From Camelus dromedarius (taxonomy: Eukaryota): a stretch of 64,000 nt of DNA. The notes beneath the pieces were generated by a model that was not told the DNA's origin, ran no database searches, and saw only the letters and a list, made by a program, of their open reading frames with translations. The stretch lies in the NCBI RefSeq assembly GCF_036321535.1, contig NC_087447.1:44766001-44830000 (forward strand), written 5' to 3'. The position numbers and the translations under genes were made by a program. Below are positions 61,431-64,000 of this stretch, one piece after another (within the stretch, counting starts at the first letter, position 1; every line of letters starts with the position of its first letter).

Positions 61431-62353
61431 CAGCCGTGTAGTGAGTCTGAATGTTTTCATTGCTAGTAAAATTGGTCATTTAGGATAAACCTCCTGAACA
61501 TCCATCCTGTCCAAAATGTGAACTATCTCATCTCTTTCCCACTATGATTGGCTTTTACAGTTGTTTTGTAAATGACGTGCAGGTGGTGCCCTAGACTAAG
61601 ACCCAGTAGTTGTCTTCAGGGAGCTCCAGGCATACTTGCCACCAGGGAAGTATAGAGAAAGTGCTGTGGGGATTCAGAGGAGTGAGGGAGAGCCTACGTG
61701 TGCCTGTTCTCTTTTTACTTTTCAAAAACAAAAGATTTCTCCTGTTCTGGACCCACCTTATTTTTTCCTTTTCCCGTCAGCTGCCCTTGAACTTTTCTTT
61801 ATCCTACCATCTGAGAAATACAGTGGTGTTGGAGAGGTGACTCAGACTCCATGTTCACAGCCCCGCCCACTTCCCAGCTGGGATTCTTCCAGGTTCTCTC
61901 TGGTTTCTCATTGGTAGGCCTTCAGTTACTGTGCTGCTACAGTCTGCAGACAGGCATTCGCCTAGTTATCCTGCTGCTGTTGTCTCCTGTTAGTCGTTCA
62001 TTCAGTCCCACTATTTCCTGGGGTCTCTTCGTGGGTATTCATTCCATTTAAGTATTGTTGGAATCTCTGCTGCCAGGAATATGTAGCCAGAGAGTCTGCT
62101 GACATGTGGTGGTCTATAGAAATACACTGAATTTGACACATGGTTCATTCCTCTCTGTGAAGAATAAAGTCTTGCCCACGAAGATCATGTGATCATTTAT
62201 TCACTATTTGAATGTTATGTGCCAGGCCCTGCGCATATTGTTGCTCCAGGAGTGATTGGTTGGGCCTAGGGTTGGGGGGTTCCCATTTGGTAAACATCTT
62301 GGAGGGTAGAGAGCTCTTATGGTGACTCCCTCCCTCCTCCCACACCCCCCCAG

Positions 62354-62433
62354 CTCTGCATGGTCTCTCTGAGTCTCTTCAGGACCCTACTGAACCTCAG
62401 CTGTGAGGATGTCCTGCTGCAGCTGGTTCTCAG
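62354..62433 (+). CDS. FHIP1B: FHIP1B coding exon 6
   Basis: LCMVSLSLFRTLLNLSCEDVLLQLVL(R); AG/GT. Confidence 0.92.
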
Positions 62434-62636
62434 GTACCTGTGGGAGCAGGGCTGAGGGATGGCTGACCCGGAACCCTCAGGGCCCTTGTGCATTGCTGGG
62501 GCGATGGGTTTTATTGGGGTTGCTCATATGTTTCTTCCTGAAGCCTGGCTTAGCCATGTAGTTCTACTGATGTTCTCCCAAGCCCTGTCCTTCCTTCCTG
62601 ATCTACCCTGTGTCCCTTTTCTGCTGCCTTTCCCAG

Positions 62637-62842
62637 GTATCTTGTCCCATGTAACCATGTGATGCTGAGCCAGAAACCAGCTGTGCGTGATGTGGACCTA
62701 TATGGACGAGCAGCAGACAAGTTTCTCTCCCTAATCCCACGCTGTTGTCGGCACCGTGCCTCCAGCCCACCCTGTCCAGAGCATGCCTCATGGGCACGAG
62801 GTGGGCCTAGCAGAGAGGCAGGGAGAAGGGAGGACACGACGG
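62637..62842 (+). CDS. FHIP1B: FHIP1B coding exon 7 (alternative donor after 62800 removes 14 aa)
   Basis: YLVPCNHVMLSQKPAVRDVDLYGRAADKFLSLIPRCC...; GT at 62801 and 62843 in the same phase. Confidence 0.9.
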
Positions 62843-63241
62843 GTATGGCCTGGGTTCTGGGAGAGCCTCGCAAGAAGTAGGGGCTAGGGTGGGAGGAGGG
62901 AGGTAACCATGAGGGGCATTCCATCTTTGGGGAGGTCCATGAGGGGTGTTGTAGGGTGGATCCTTAATTCCACCAGAGAAATTCAGCTTCTGAGCAAAGC
63001 TGTTCATCTTCTTCACTCCCATCCTGGACTATTCTGTTTCCATTGTTTCTTTGCTGTCAGTGGTGGTGAGAAGGGGTGGTAGATGAGTAAAAGTAAGTTT
63101 GGAGGGTGGAGAGTCAGCTGTCTGAATAGGTCCCATGTTTCTGCCGCTTCGTTGCCTTCTCTCTTAGTTACCCTAGCTGTCTTATGCTTCCTCCCGCACC
63201 TCTGTCTCTTGGATCCTTCTTATGTTTTTTCCCCTCTGCAG

Positions 63242-64000
63242 GACCTGGAAGCCCAAGTGTTGACTCCTCTTCTGCAGTGACAGTGCCCCGTCCCTCCACG
63301 CCGTCTCGTCTGGCCCTCTTCCTGCGACAGCAGAGCCTGGGTGGCTCCGAGTCCCCAGCCCCAGCCCCTCGCTCACCAGGGCTTGCTGCATCCCCAGCCT
63401 CCAGCCCCGGCCGACGGCCCAGCCCCGCAGAGGAGCCTGGTGAGCTGGAAGACAATTACCTGGAGTATCTGCGTGAGGCGCGCCGTGGTGTGGACCACTG
63501 TGTCCAAGCCTGCCGTACCTGGTCTGCCCCCTATGATGGCGAGCGGCCCCCTCCTGAGCCCAGTCCCATTGGCTCCCGGACTAAGAAACGCAGCCTACTG
63601 CCTGAGGAGGACAGGGACAATGCGGGGGAAGGGGAGGAGGAAGAGCTGGGGAGTGGGGGGCTGGCTGGGGGGGGAAGAGAGGGCCCCGGCCACCTGCCCC
63701 CTCCCCAGCTCAATGGGGTGCCAGGACCGTGGCCTGAGGGGGCCAAGAAGGTTCGTCGGGTGCCACAGGAGGGAGCTGGGGGACTGCTAGAGGGCATCTC
63801 CGAGGGCATGGCAGGACTGGAGGGCTTTGGGCAGGAGCTCCGGGAGCTGGAGGTGGCATTGAGCAATGGGGGTGCTGGCTCAGAGCCCCCCCTAGAGCCT
63901 GCACTGCCTCTTGAGGAGGAGGAGGCCTACGAGAGCTTCACCTGTCCCCCTGAGCCCCCTGGCCCCTTCCTCAGCAGCCCTTTGCGGACTCTCAACCAGC
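63242..64000 (+). CDS. FHIP1B: FHIP1B coding exon 8 (partial, open to window end)
   Basis: GPGSPSVDSSS...ELEDNYLEYLREARRGVD...AYESFTCPPEPPGPFLSSPLRTLNQ; no stop. Confidence 0.92.

Overview
Mammalian genomic DNA, probably camelid (inferred from a tRNA-derived Vic-1-type SINE and the L1 3' tails). It carries the conserved CCKBR-CNGA4-FHIP1B (FAM160A2) block. CCKBR is complete (minus strand, 5 exons, 455 aa or 450 aa via an alternative exon-4 donor). CNGA4 is complete (minus, 6 exons, 575 aa). FHIP1B (plus) runs off the window end. The rest is mostly L1/L2/MIR/MLT/MER repeats. The most unusual object is a 1,466-bp deleted betaretrovirus-like ERV at 4994-6459. It has a single LTR, its two ends form a 21-bp inverted repeat of the LTR U3 tip, and it sits between AAGAC target-site duplications. 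It also has a tRNA-Trp primer-binding site, an MPMV-type CTE (NXF1-binding) core in U3, and about 190 bp of apparently non-viral filler. Other notable items: a degraded class I olfactory-receptor-like remnant near 0.9-1.1 kb, a homeodomain plus O/E composite site upstream of CNGA4, a cluster of AT-to-GC amino-acid changes in CNGA4 exon 4, an ATF4-like uORF pair in the FHIP1B leader, and an orphan CpG island. Ortholog comparisons and repeat family names are from memory and need database confirmation.
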